64,000 nt of DNA, from assembly GCA_963823665.1 (NCBI GenBank), contig CAWGMQ010000007.1, positions 992,001 through 1,056,000 on the forward strand. Direction: 5' to 3'. Source of the stretch: an uncultured Planctomycetota bacterium (GTDB lineage Bacteria; Planctomycetota; Planctomycetia; Isosphaerales; Isosphaeraceae). Both the position numbers and the translations under genes were made by a program. The notes under the pieces are model-generated. The model was given only the letters and a program-made list of their open reading frames with translations, made no database searches and was not told the DNA's origin. Below are positions 33,199 to 45,324 of this stretch, piece after piece (within the stretch, counting starts at the first letter, position 1; every line of letters starts with the position of its first letter).

Positions 33199-36100
33199 CT
33201 ATCGCGGCGAAGGGGTATTGAGCATCTCTTCGGCTTCGTTCAAGAGTGCCTTCAGCTCGACGCGTTGCTGCCACCACGAGGGGGGAAACTTTTCAACGAT
33301 CGCCTTGGCCCTGGCGAGCGCATCGCGGTCGCCCGGCTGCCTGGCCTTGTGTAGCGCCATTGCCCTGAATACCCAGTCCCATGCGGTCCCTTCGCCTTTC
33401 TTAGCGTCGATCGATCGTTTGAGATAGCTGAGCGAAGATGGATATAGCCCTGCGCGGAAGAGAACAGCCCCGAACGTGTTGAAGGAGTTGGGATCGGGAT
33501 TCCGTCCCTTGACGAGTTTGCTGCCGATGTCCACGACCTCCGCGTAACTGCGAAGCGCGTTGGGCATGAGCGCGGCGAGCCAGATGAGGTCGTTGGCCAA
33601 TTTAGGATCCTGGGTTTTGCCGTGGCGCGCGATTGCGGCAGTGCAGAGGCGCTCGTAGGCCTGTTGCTCGCCCAGGGCGAGATAGATCTTGGCGAGAGCA
33701 TGCTGTTTGCCGAAGTTGCCGGGATCAAGTGAGTAGATCTTTTCGAAGGCGGTCTTCGCTTCTTTCCAGCGCTCGGCTTGGGCCATTGATTCGCCCAGTT
33801 GCTCGAGCGTTGCCCGATCGAAGTTATCCGGGTCGAGCGCCATGGCCTTGGTGAAGAACTCGGAGACTTCTTTCGGTTTGCCGGCGCGGGCGTAGGCACG
33901 GGCGAGGTCAGCAGGCGATTCGCCGAACCGGACGCTGAAACTGTGACCGCCCTTTACGAGGTCTTGAACCTTTGCAACGAAAGTGTTGCGTCCGGAGTGG
34001 AGCGTGACGAGAATCGCGTTCGAATCCGGAGCCGAGGAGCTCTTTGATAAGAAAACCTCGCGCCCGTTGAGCCAGATGCGTGCTGTGTCGTCGGTGCCGA
34101 TCAGGAGCACGGCTTCACGCGGACGAGCCGAGTAGACGACCGTCATGGCGTATGCGACGACGACGCCCTCGGTCTTGAAGAGTTCTTCAAAATTGACAGA
34201 ACCCTGCTGGTGAGGGGCGATATCGTGCCAGCGGATCGTGGTGTTTCCCAAGGGGGGTGCGGGCTGGGACGGATCTGTCGCCGTGGCGTTCTCGAGCGCC
34301 CCTGCCTGGCTGTAGTCGGGTGGATAAGGGCCGGCGACCCACCAAGGGGCGTCGAGGAAGAACTGCGGAGATTCGGGCGCGAGGTTGGCGGCGTTTTCGA
34401 AGTCAGCCGCGGCTTTTTCGGCTTGGCCCAGAGTTGCGAGCAGGCGGCCGCGCTCGATGAGCAGGCGGGGGTCAGAGGGACGATTGGCGACGGCCTTGTC
34501 ATATTCGGGTAAGGCTCCGGCGAGCTTTCCCGTTTTGGCGAGCTGACGGGCTTTGGCGATGGCGGCCGAGGGCTCCCAGACGCGCATCACCCCGTCATGG
34601 TCGGCCGTCGCGATCGCGTCGCTGGACAACAGGGCCAACCCGGTATGTGGGCGTCCGGCGGCGAGGGTTTGCGATGGCGCGTCTGACGCGATGTCCCATC
34701 TACCGAGCACCCCGGTCGACTGGGTCATCTCTGCACCTTTATGGGCGCCGAAGATCACATGATGTCCGTCGGCTTCGAACGCGAGGTATGCGATGTGGAT
34801 GTCGTCAAGCTTGGCCTGGCGCAGTGCTCGCTTGTGGTCGAGGTCCCAGTAAATCAAACGGCCGTCTCCAGCGCCCGAGACTGCGTGCCGGCCGTCCGGG
34901 GCGAAAGCGATGGTCCAGACCCAATCGGAATGTCCGGGCAAGAGTTGCACGGGATCGCTCGTGTTGGTGTTGCCCAGGTAAACCACTCCGCCCTCGCCAC
35001 CAGCGATGACGCGCCGGCCGTCGGAGGAGGTGGCGATGCTCGAGATCCGAGCCGAAATACCTTCGAACTGCCTGAATTCCCCCCCTTTCTCGACGTCGAG
35101 GATTCTCAGTGTCTTGTCGTCGCCGCCCGAGAGGGCATGCGTGCCGTCGGGTGAGAGGGCAACGGCGCGGACGATCCCTCCGTGTCGGACGAGAGGCCGG
35201 ATCAGCCTGCCTGATTCGAGGTCCCAGAGGCGGACGGATCCGTCGCTACAACCGGTTATCGCCCGGCGTCCGTCCGGCAGGATGGAGGCGGTGAGAACGA
35301 CGTCGGGATGCCAGAAGCGGCGGATCTCGCGGCCGGTGGGGATGTCCCACAGCCGGGCGGTCTTGTCATAACTGGTGGAGAGCAGCCGCTTCCGGTCCGG
35401 AAAGGCTTGGACGGACTGGACCCACTGCGCATGGCCGACGAAGCGCCCTGTTTCAACATAGGGCTCGGCGGCGGGCGCGGGAGCTATTGTCGGACGCCGC
35501 GTGTCTTTCTTCACGACGGTGCCGGGGCTCGAGACGCCGCTTGGCGAGAGCTTTCGAAGGCGGACGTTGTTGAACCAGCAGTTGCCATTGACGCCCTGGA
35601 ATCCGACGTAGCCGATCCGCGCGAGGTTGGCAATCGCGACATTCTTGAATTTGTGATCCGAGCCGTCGGGGCGCTTTCCCGGCGCGGTCCACTCGTCGAG
35701 ATCGATGGTCGAGACCCGCGTGCCGTTCAAGACGACGCTGATCTCGGGGCCCTGAGCTGTGACTGTCATGTGGTTGGACTGGCCGGCGGGATTCTGGGCA
35801 TTGGTCTGGGGTGCGACCAGGTCAAAAAAGCCGCCCGGATCGTCGAGTCCGTGGCCGGTCGAGTCGTGGATCTGGACTTCGATGCCCGTGTTGATCGGGT
35901 CTGCGAGGTCGCTGACGCGGAGGAAGATGCCGGTGTTACAGCCCTTCTCGAACTTGTAGTCAAAATCGAGCTCGAAATCGGAGAGTTTCTCGTGATAGAC
36001 GACGAGGTAGCTGCGCGCCTGAAGAGGATTCAATCCATCCTTCTGGACGGCGGAACGTGGGAGCGGACTCTTGTCCCTGCTGAGGATCCATCCCGCGGCG

Positions 36101-37808
36101 CTCGATCCGTCGAAGATCGTGTGGAACTCGTCCTGAAACGGCTTCGCGGGCTCGTCGGGCGAGCGACCGGTCTGATCATTCGTGCCAGGATCGGGTGGAT
36201 CAGTTTGAACGGTACCGCCGTTGCCATTCAACTCTTTCGTCGGCCCAACTCCGCGAGTCATGATGAACCACGTGACCCCGACGATGAGCGCGGCGATTGA
36301 TGCAATCGCGGCGATCAAGCCACTGGTGCGCGGGGTGCGACTGACGTGAGTGGGCTTGCCGGGTCGTTTGAGGGGCTGCGACCGGCTCGTCATGGGCTTG
36401 GTTGACCGCGGCAAGGGCTCGGGTCGAGGGTCGGAGCGGACGTCCATGATCAAGTCTTCGAGGTTCAGATCTTGATCGATCGCGAGCCCCTCGGCTTCGG
36501 TGGGCCGGGGGAAGATCGCCGGGTCTCGATCTGTCCTGGGCAGGGCGGGGCGCTTGAGCGTGGCTTCGTTGAAGACCATTAGCTCCGGCTTGGACTTGGG
36601 TGCTTCGCCGCCTGGAGCCTTCGCTCTTGCATCGGCCCTGCATGCCTCGAGGAGGGAGATCAACTCGGTCATCGACGCGGGCCGTTCGGCAGGTTTCTTG
36701 GCCATCATTCTTTGATAGATGGCTTCAAGGCTCGCGGGCACCTCGGGGCGCTGGCGCGCAGGGAGGGGGCGGGGCGCTCCATGTGGGCCATCAGTCGTTT
36801 CAGGACGGTGGCGCCGTCGAACGGCTCGCGAGCGTTGAGAAGGAAGTAGAGCGTGCAGCCCAGGCTGTAGATGTCGGCGCGATGGTCGACGCGATGGGAG
36901 TCTTCGGCCTGTTCGGGGGCCATGTAGTCGATGGTGCCCATATACATTCCGCTTTCGGTCAAGCGTGCACCGGCGGACTTACCGAACGGATTGGCGGCGT
37001 CGACCAAGCGGGCGAGACCGAGGTCGAGAACGCGGACGGAGCCGGCTGAGTCGAGCATGAGGTTGCCGGGCTTGATGTCGCGGTGAACAATGCCCTGAGC
37101 GTGGGCCGCCTCGAGGCCGCGAGCGGCCTGGATCAAGCAGTCGATTGCCTGCACGGACTTCATTGGACCGCGCTCGCGTACGATGTGATCGAGGTCGCGG
37201 CCTTCGACGTATTCCATCACCAGGAAATGGACGCCGCGGTCTTCGTCGGCATCTACAGCGGCGACGACGTTGGGATGTTTGAGCCGGCCGGCGGCCTCGA
37301 CCTCGCGGCGAAATCGCATGACCGCCTGATGGTCGCGTGCGAACGACGGGGGGAGGATCTTGAGCGCGCCGACTCGCCCCAAGCGGCGGTGACGGGCCTT
37401 GAACACCACGCCCATTCCGCCCTGGCCAAGCTTGTCGAGGATCACGTACTTGCCGATCAAGAGCCCGCGGCTTTTCTTCTGATAGACGGCGGCAGCCTGG
37501 TAGGGTGTGAGCTTGCCGGCTTTGACCAGTGCGCGGGACAAACCCAGGACGCCCTCGGCGGAGTCGGTGGCAAAGGATTCGAGCTCGGTCTCGTCGAGGA
37601 GCCCGATCTCGATCAACGCGCGCGAGAACTCGCGCAGGTCGGCACCTTCGCCCGGGGCGGCGGACGGACCGGTGCCTGGCTGGGCACTGCTCGAGCCTGA
37701 GCCCAGACCCGGTACGACTGTCGCTTCTTCATGAACCTGCCGCGCAGGATCGGTGCCTGCTCCTTCGGTCTGTTCGCCGGCCGGCATCTTGGCGTCTCCC
37801 GACAGCAC
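33199..37808 (-). CDS. Multidomain Ser/Thr kinase: kinase-TM-DUF1080-WD40-TPR-PA14-like-TPR (one frameshift ~36754)
   Basis: LGQGGMGVV, HRDIKPGN, DLGLA and YMAPEQ. DUF1080 motifs DFELDFDYK..NTGIFLR..EVQIHD. GH..WD repeats and TPR helices. One added base joins ORFs 36705 and 33199. Confidence 0.88.
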
Positions 37809-37927
37809 CGTATGTAAACCTTCGCTGAGTGGTTCTCGACCGTGGGAGCGGCAAAGGATAAGTTGGATTATAAGTCAGCCCGGCTCAGAATCGAAAGACG
37901 CCTCGGGAACTCGGCGGGATTGACCTT

Positions 37928-40041
37928 TCACGGCCGTGTGGGATTCAGCACCTTCTTGGAGGTGACGTGTTTCATGAGCTCGTCGGGTCGCATGAAGTAG
38001 GTTCGGAGAGCCTTACCTTTGCTGAAGAGCTTTTCGGCCTGATCGTCCCAGTGCCCGGTTTCCTTGTGGTCGCTTTCACCCAAAGGGATGATCGCATACG
38101 ACTCGGGGGGATCAGTCATGATGACGACCTGGGTGGACGATTGGCCGGTGTGGCCGACTTGAGTTTTGCCGTCGCGCGAGGGGGCGAAGCTGATCGCCCT
38201 CGGGGTGGCCATGGCGACGTCTCGAAGCGACCCGCCGCCGACGGGCCAGGTGTGGTCGCCGCCGCGGCGGCCCACGCGAAAGTAGCGGCCGAAGGGGACC
38301 GCCACTTCGCCGAATTGGGTGCGGAGCCACGCGGCGCCGGAGCGAAGCGCTTTCAAGACTTGTTCGTCGGTCAGCTCGTCTGGTGGTTCGGTGCGCTGAG
38401 CCGGGTCATCGCCGAGCGCTTTCTTGAATGCGTAGAAGGCGAGTGCGCCGCTGGAATCAGGAGCACTATGTCGATCCCATCCCTGGATCAGCTCGGCGAC
38501 TTTTGCGACATCGCCGGTCTTGTCGACGGCGCTGGATCCGACCCAGGCGTTTCTGACCCGCGCCTGCCAGGTTTCGGCGCCAGACCTGGGTGTTGAATGC
38601 GATGTCGATTGCCTGGTCGACACCGACCTTTTCCGCAGCGCTCAAGAGGTCAGTGACCATCTCGGCGCTGGTGCGAGTCGGGCGACGGCGAGTCGTTGTA
38701 GATGTGGAGACGCCCGGCGAACCGTGATCGCTGCGGTTGATCTTCGTTCATCATTGCGGCAGGGGAGCAATTGCAGTTCTGCATCCAGCCGCAGCCCGGG
38801 TTTTCGATCTGGACCAGGTCGGCCATGGGATGGATTCCTTGCCATTCGGTGGCTTTCGTGTTTCCGGGGATCGGTCTGGAGGGATCGATTCCGGCGGGGC
38901 GGATAGGGACTCGCCCGTTTCGCAGATAGTAGATGTCGCCCTGCACCGTCGCGACCATGATGTTCTGGCTCATCAACTGAAGATGGGAAAGGGCCTGCTT
39001 CATCTCGGCGAGGTTCCGCGCGGTCATCATTTCGAAGCACTGGTCCATCAGTCCGACTTCGTCGGAATAAGGGATGGCCATCGCATAGGCTTTGTCACCT
39101 TTCCTGGCGACGATGGGGCCATGGTGGGAGGACGAGATGGCGACCTCACGGGGCTCGACCTTGTCGCCGTTCTTGACGTTGATCGTGGTCTTTTGCACGG
39201 TGAGGCTGCGCCACTGGCCGTCATAACGGTACTCTTCTGGGTTCGAGGGGTTCAGCTCCTCCTCGAAGATGTCGGATGTGTCCGGACCGCCGGTTGTCAT
39301 GGCGACGGAGCAGAATCGGCTGTGGCCCAGGGTCGGGAAAGGGACGCCCAGAATCGAGACGCCCGCGACGCTCAACTCGGGGGTATAGATTCGGACCTCG
39401 TAGAAACGCATTGCATCGTACCAGTGCACATGGGGGTCGATGATGGCGATGGGAGCGTTCATGGTGGTGCGCCTGGGGGCAATGAGCATCTCGTTCGAGC
39501 CCCGGTAGGGGAGCTGGCCGAAGCTCAGGCCGGCGCGTTTCAAGTCGTCGGCTGCTTCACCGACCGGCCAGTTCCAGATGATGTAGCGCCCGAGCGCCAC
39601 CGCATCCGCGGGCTCGAACTTTTGCGCCCAGGATGGGACCTGCTCGGGGTGCTCGGCCATGAACTGTTTGATTCCGTTTTGATAAGCTTCGAGGACGCCG
39701 CGCATTTTCGGGCTGATCTCCTTGTACCTGGCCCGGCTGATCTCGGCGTGTCGCATCACGCGCTGGCGGATATCTTCGCGGAAAGAGTCGGCACCGAAGA
39801 CTTCGGCCATCGTGCCGGTGGCGCGACGGTAATTCTTGAGGAGCTCTTCGAGCCGGTCTTCGGCCTGGGCGTAGCCGACGGCGAAAGCGGCATCATTGAG
39901 GGTGGGGGCGAATATGTGCGGGATGCCGAACTCGTCGCGATAGATCGTGGTGGGCTCTTCGGCCGATTGCGCGGGCTGATGAGTGAGCGCGGCCAGTACC
40001 AGAAACGCGATGGGAGCAACACGAGATGTAGAACGCGTCAT
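37928..40041 (-). CDS. Penicillin acylase family (Ntn hydrolase) protein (two frameshifts ~38665 and ~38580)
   Basis: IYRDEFGIPHI, GYAQAEDRL, catalytic GSN, DPH, HGPIV and C-terminal GES..HWDDQAEKLF. Signal peptide. Confidence 0.9.
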
Positions 40042-40371
40042 TGCGCGAAGTCCTCGTTAGTGGGGCCGGGCGGCGGATGGGAGGGTTCTCAATGCTGGGC
40101 GGGGCTGCCGCTGGGCAACGGACATTCTACCCTCATCGTGCAGGGACAGCCAATTTGTCATGCGGGCGCAAACGTTGGCAGGTGGGGGGAATGGCCGGGC
40201 GGATGGAGAGCTAGCGCAACTCTCATCGGCGAGGAACTTTGGGGATAGAGTGACCATTGGTATGCGGCTTGCTATGGTTGGCGATACTTTCTGGCCCGCC
40301 GGTCGCGCCATCCCTTCTTCGCCCGAGCGAGCCAGGACGATCAATTCCGAAGACTTGACGAGGCAAGCTCA

Positions 40372-42282
40372 ATGACGACCCAGACCGATCGCCAGGAATT
40401 TACATTCCAGGCCGAGATCAAGCAGCTACTGCATCTGCTATCGCACTCGCTGTACCAGAGCCCTGAGATCGCTGTACGCGAGCTGATCTCCAACGCATCG
40501 GATGCGCTCGACAAGATGAGGTATGTGTCGCTGACACACGAATCGCATCGGGATGAGACACCGCTGGAGATTGTGATCGAGGGGCGTGAGGACGATAAGT
40601 TGCTCGTGATCCGGGACAGCGGTATCGGAATGACCCATGACGAGCTGGTCGCTAACCTGGGCACGATTGCGCACAGCGGGTCGGCTGATTTCCTGAAAGC
40701 GGCGATTGCCGGGAAAGAGGCGAAATCGGATTTATCGTTGATCGGCCAGTTTGGTGTCGGATTCTATTCGGCGTTCATGATCGCCGAGAAGGTGCGGGTT
40801 CGGACTCGCGGCTATGCCGCGGAATCGGGATGGGAATGGGAATCGGACGGGACTGGCTCGTTTACGGTCACGCCCGTTGACGAGAGCTTGCCGCGTGGAA
40901 CGGAAGTGACGCTGCATCTGAAGGAGAGCAGCAAGGGGTTCGCGTCCGGCTGGCGGATCAAGGACATTGTCAAGCGCGATTCGAGCTTTGTGCCTTACCC
41001 AATCCGCCTGGGTACGGGCGGCGCAGTGATCAACGATCAGAAGCCGATCTGGGTCGAGCCGAAGAACCAGGTGAGCGACGAGCAGTACGTTCGCTTCTAC
41101 CAGCATTTGACGCATCACCCCGACGAGAAGCCGCTGTGGCATCTGCACATGGCGGCCGATTCGCCAATCCAGTTCCGCGCGATCGTTTATTGTCCGCCGA
41201 CCAACCTCGAAAACCTCGGGATCGCCCGGCTGGAGCATGGTCTGAGTCTTTGTGCGAAGCGAGTGCTTGTCCAGAGCGAATGCCGCGAGCTTTTGCCGGA
41301 TTATCTGCGGTTTCTGCGGGGACTGGTTGATTCCGAAGACCTGCCGCTGAACGTTTCGCGGGAGACGTTGCAAGACAACACGATCATTCGCAAGATTCGC
41401 ACATCGATCGTCAAGAGCGTGCTCGATCGGCTCGACCGATTGGCGCAGGAAGACTCCACGGTATACAGGAAGTTCTACGATCAGTTCGGACGGGTCTTGA
41501 AGGAGGGCTTGATTATCGATCCGTCCAATCACGAGCGGATCGCCAGGCTGCTCATGTTTGCGTCGTCGCGAAGCGACGACCCGCAGACGCGTGTCTCGTT
41601 CGAGGAGTACATCGCCAGGATGCCGGAGGATCAGAAGCAGATCTACTACCTTGCCGGCGGCGATTTTGCTTCGATCGCCAAGAGCCCCAACCTCGAGATC
41701 TTTCGCCGACGGGGAATTGAAGTCCTGTTTCTGACCGATCCAGTCGATGAGTTCGCGCTCAATGCCCTGGGAAGCTTCCGCGAGAAGAAGCTCACGTCGA
41801 TCGACGCCGCGGATATCGAGATTCCCGAAGGAAGCTCGTCCGGGGAGAAAGAAGCCGAGAGCATGGGCTCGACCGCGAAGGAAAGCGGGTTCCCCAAGCT
41901 CCTCGAGCTATTCCGCGCGGCGCTGGGATCGCGTGTGAGCGAGGTGCGCGAATCAAAACGGTTGACCGACAGTCCGTGCTGCTTGGTGAATGTGGAAGGG
42001 GGTTTGAGCACACAGACGCAACGGCTGCTCAAGATGGCCAACAAGGAATTCACGGAGAGCGCGCGGATTATTGAGATCAATCCATCCGCGGCGCTGATCC
42101 GCCGGCTTTGCAACCTGAGCGCGAACGATCAGCACCACGAGTTTATCAAGCGGTGCGGTTTACAGCTCTGGAGCGATGCGATGATCCTGGAGGGCGTGAC
42201 GCCCGAGCCCGAGGACCTCGTCGCGCGGATGCAGGCGTTCATGACGGAAGCTGCCGAGAAGCGGTCGCCGCTGATCCTATAA
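40372..42282 (+). CDS. htpG: Molecular chaperone HtpG (Hsp90)
   Basis: FQAEIKQLL..SLY, RELISNASDALDK, DSGIGMT, IGQFGVGFYSAF and DSEDLPLNVSRE. Confidence 0.97.
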   Translation: MTTQTDRQEFTFQAEIKQLLHLLSHSLYQSPEIAVRELISNASDALDKMRYVSLTHESHRDETPLEIVIEGREDDKLLVIRDSGIGMTHDELVANLGTIAHSGSADFLKAAIAGKEAKSDLSLIGQFGVGFYSAFMIAEKVRVRTRGYAAESGWEWESDGTGSFTVTPVDESLPRGTEVTLHLKESSKGFASGWRIKDIVKRDSSFVPYPIRLGTGGAVINDQKPIWVEPKNQVSDEQYVRFYQHLTHHPDEKPLWHLHMAADSPIQFRAIVYCPPTNLENLGIARLEHGLSLCAKRVLVQSECRELLPDYLRFLRGLVDSEDLPLNVSRETLQDNTIIRKIRTSIVKSVLDRLDRLAQEDSTVYRKFYDQFGRVLKEGLIIDPSNHERIARLLMFASSRSDDPQTRVSFEEYIARMPEDQKQIYYLAGGDFASIAKSPNLEIFRRRGIEVLFLTDPVDEFALNALGSFREKKLTSIDAADIEIPEGSSSGEKEAESMGSTAKESGFPKLLELFRAALGSRVSEVRESKRLTDSPCCLVNVEGGLSTQTQRLLKMANKEFTESARIIEINPSAALIRRLCNLSANDQHHEFIKRCGLQLWSDAMILEGVTPEPEDLVARMQAFMTEAAEKRSPLIL

Positions 42283-42362
42283 GTGAGCGGGCCGTGATCC
42301 AAATGAAGGCCCGCTCTCCGCCCGCCGCCAGGCGACGAGATCGCATCGGGGGCTGGCACGGC

Positions 42363-42938
42363 TCAGCCGCCGTGCCACCAGTTGAAGTACATGGGATAGG
42401 GATAGGCGCCCGGTCCCGGCGCGATGGGGTCAAGATCGTAGATGGGGACGTAAGTGCCGTATGTGTAGTATTCGCCGACGGGGCGGAAGGGATGGGCGAG
42501 ACCCTGGAAGAATCTGAGGGGCCGGAACCAGGGCCGGCTCGAGGAATCGATGGTGTTCTGGCCGGGGATTCCGTAATAGTAGGGATAGACGCTCTTCGTG
42601 TCAGGCGTCTTCCAGCCGAGGCCGTAGAGACCCTGCGTACAGACCCAGTTGGGATGTTTGACGCGGCCGTTGTCGGCGTATCGGGTCTGGTAAAAGAAGT
42701 CGCGATTCGGGTCAGGCGGGAGCATCTCGGGGGTCGCCGCTGACCGCATGACGAGCCCGCTCCGCTCGGTGATATCCGGGATGAACGGCTTCGGTGGCTG
42801 AGCTAGGGCGGGCCTGGCGGCCGCGAATGACGACAGAGTGGCGATCGTGAAGATCGCCAGAATGCGAAGGCGCCGACGGCGAAGATGTGCAGCGCCGTCG
42901 GGCCGAACTGTTTCTTTTGTTTTGCCGGCACGTTTCAT
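42363..42938 (-). CDS. Secreted Tyr/Pro-rich hypothetical protein
   Basis: RRRRLRILAIF..ALAQ signal-like region and an aromatic/Pro-rich mature part. Confidence 0.65.
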   Translation of the reverse strand: MKRAGKTKETVRPDGAAHLRRRRLRILAIFTIATLSSFAAARPALAQPPKPFIPDITERSGLVMRSAATPEMLPPDPNRDFFYQTRYADNGRVKHPNWVCTQGLYGLGWKTPDTKSVYPYYYGIPGQNTIDSSSRPWFRPLRFFQGLAHPFRPVGEYYTYGTYVPIYDLDPIAPGPGAYPYPMYFNWWHGG

Positions 42939-43049
42939 GATCGGTTCTCCTCTGCGAGCGTTGCACCCAAATCGAGCGATCGGAGCAATCAAGCCCGGCC
43001 TCCGGCCGGGCCTCAAGTCAAAGCAAACGGACTGTCGGGACGTCACGAA

Positions 43050-43970
43050 TCAAGGGTCATTGGGATTCATCGGGGGGAAGGCGAAGAAATCGCGCGGTGA
43101 GCGGGTCGAGACGATGTACGGGACATAACCGGGGGTCAAGGGCACAGGTCCTCCAGGTCCAACGAACCACTTCACCTTGGGTTTGTGAAGCCCGGCGGCC
43201 AAGGATGCGAGTTTTCCGTGCACCATCGAGCCGAGACCACCGCCCTTGCCGAGGCAATGGGAGCAGCCTTTGCCGCCGCAAAAGGAGCAGGCGCCCTGGC
43301 CGTCATCGACGACTCCGTTCCCGTTTCCGTGGCGGTGACCAAAGCCGATGCCGCAGGATGGGTCGCCACAAAGGCCGGAATTCGAATGGCCGTCGAGGTG
43401 GCCGAGGTGAGAGTGCTTGCCTCCGATCTTGCAGTTCGCCTGCCCGCACGCCTGGGCCGACGCGATCGGCCCGGTCTGAGCGGAGGGGCCACTGATCGTG
43501 GTTGCATAGCCTGGTGCGCCGGCCACGCAGTCGATCGAACCGCCGCCATGCTTTCCATGACCGAGAATGCTGCAGTTCATACCGCCGAAGCAGCCGGCGA
43601 CGCCGCAATCCGAACCGCCGTGGCCGCCGAAGATGCCGTGACCCGAACCGCAGCCGAGCCCATCTGCGCCGCACTGGCCAGTGTGTTTGCCATCGCCGTG
43701 ATTAAACAGTTTGTGACCGCAGAACGGACCGCAGACGTGGGCTTTCAAAGCTGCGGCTGCTTTGTGGGCATCGCCGACGTAGTCTTTGGCGTAGTGACCG
43801 TACGGAATCGGAGGGGCCATGTATTCACCACCGGTCGTATAGTCGTAGGCTGGCGACAGCCGGGGTATGGTGTGAAACTGGGCGTGGGCCTGTGTTGCCG
43901 ATGCGAGGCCCAGAACGAAGGCAGCCAGTGAGAGGGCGAGCGGCAAGGCCCGCGTTGTTCCGAAGCACAT
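43050..43970 (-). CDS. Secreted Gly/His/Cys-rich hypothetical protein
   Basis: Signal peptide ending AHAQ, many CG/CxxC pairs (CSFCGGKGCSHC), His-Gly runs and C-terminal YVPYIVSTRSPRDFF. Confidence 0.75.
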   Translation of the reverse strand: MCFGTTRALPLALSLAAFVLGLASATQAHAQFHTIPRLSPAYDYTTGGEYMAPPIPYGHYAKDYVGDAHKAAAALKAHVCGPFCGHKLFNHGDGKHTGQCGADGLGCGSGHGIFGGHGGSDCGVAGCFGGMNCSILGHGKHGGGSIDCVAGAPGYATTISGPSAQTGPIASAQACGQANCKIGGKHSHLGHLDGHSNSGLCGDPSCGIGFGHRHGNGNGVVDDGQGACSFCGGKGCSHCLGKGGGLGSMVHGKLASLAAGLHKPKVKWFVGPGGPVPLTPGYVPYIVSTRSPRDFFAFPPMNPNDP

Positions 43971-44343
43971 GATCTATCCCTTACTTTGCGTCCACGAGGC
44001 CCTCCTGGATTGCCTGGATTCGAGCGACGGACGTGTCCGAGCCTTCCTGCGCGGAGAACACGGTGAAGCTTGTGAGTGTGCATCGGCCGGATCGTATCGC
44101 GATCTCGAACGAATCCGATGGGGATCGCGCGAGAAAGGAACCGGCCTCTCGTTACAGTCCGAGAGACCGGTTCAAGTTCCCTGCTGGTCCTTGCGGAAGG
44201 AACGCCGATGCGCCCGGTTCGCGCCTCCATGCGCTGGTTCAGCCACAAGACGCGATTACCCAAGAGCCGCTTTGATGCCAGCAGGGAGTTTCTCGAGATT
44301 CCAACCCCAGAGGTTGGTGCGCACGCGCGCCGGGGTTCAACGG

Positions 44344-45093
44344 CTACTTCTTGCCGTAGACGACAGACGCCGGCAAGTCCGTGACCGGGGCGCCGGTCTG
44401 ACCGTAAGCGATCGAGGCGTGCTTGTCGCGTTCCTTCTCCTCACGCTCGCGTCTGTGCGTACCGAGCAAGGGCAGACCGAGCAGATGGCTGATGATATGC
44501 GGTCGGGAGGAAGGCGGTGAAGAGATGGCGGATTGCGCCGGCGGCAGGTTCGTCGGCACGACGGCTGGATCAACGGGTCCGGGCCCGCCGCGGCCACCGA
44601 GTGCGGCCATGCGAGGGTCCGTCGCGCCATGCGAATGCGGCTTGGCGACGCCGACCGGGACCGGATCGGATCCCACTAGGGCCTCACCAACGACTGCATA
44701 GCCGGGGGCCTCGGGTCCGCCCGGCCCGCCAACGACCGCGTATCCAGGTGCGTGGAGATCGTGGCTTGAAACCGGCCCGGACGCGACCATGTTTTCCTGG
44801 CAGGTAGGGCAAGAAGCCCCGCCTCGGACGACTGCGCCTTGCATCCCGGGCTCGAGCGGAGGAGGCGCAGGAACATCTACACCGTCGTGAGACTTGGCGT
44901 AGGCTCGCTGACATTCGACGCAGTGCCGGCGACCGAATAGTCCCTTATGGTGGTGGGGCTTTGCCGGGGCCTGCGGCGGCGCCATGTACATCTGGCCGTT
45001 ATCGTCGTCGCCAAGCGGCCCTGCCATCACGACGGCCGGAACAGCGAGCGCCACGCCGTAGAAACCCAGTACCAAACGAGCACGGAATCGCAT
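44344..45093 (-). CDS. Secreted Pro/Gly-rich hypothetical protein with two CxxC motifs
   Basis: Signal peptide, CVECQ, CPTCQ, duplicated APGYAVVG and C-terminal HASIAYG..DLPASVVYG. AGGAG RBS. Confidence 0.72.
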   Translation of the reverse strand: MRFRARLVLGFYGVALAVPAVVMAGPLGDDDNGQMYMAPPQAPAKPHHHKGLFGRRHCVECQRAYAKSHDGVDVPAPPPLEPGMQGAVVRGGASCPTCQENMVASGPVSSHDLHAPGYAVVGGPGGPEAPGYAVVGEALVGSDPVPVGVAKPHSHGATDPRMAALGGRGGPGPVDPAVVPTNLPPAQSAISSPPSSRPHIISHLLGLPLLGTHRREREEKERDKHASIAYGQTGAPVTDLPASVVYGKK

Positions 45094-45324
45094 TCGGGAA
45101 CTCCTTTCCCAGGTTCACGCCCAGGGCCGAGCAAGTGAGCATGCACGCGCCTGGACCGACCGAACGGAAGCGTTTGAGCGGCCCCTTGGGCCTGCGCGAC
45201 TTCCTGCGCACGACTCCAGCGTGGGCTCTTCATACATCCCCTAAGATCGGCACAAATGGGCTAGGTCTTGCGACAAATGGACAGAGAGGAGCGAAAGAAT
45301 GCTGGTCGATCGGGATTCGGCATC

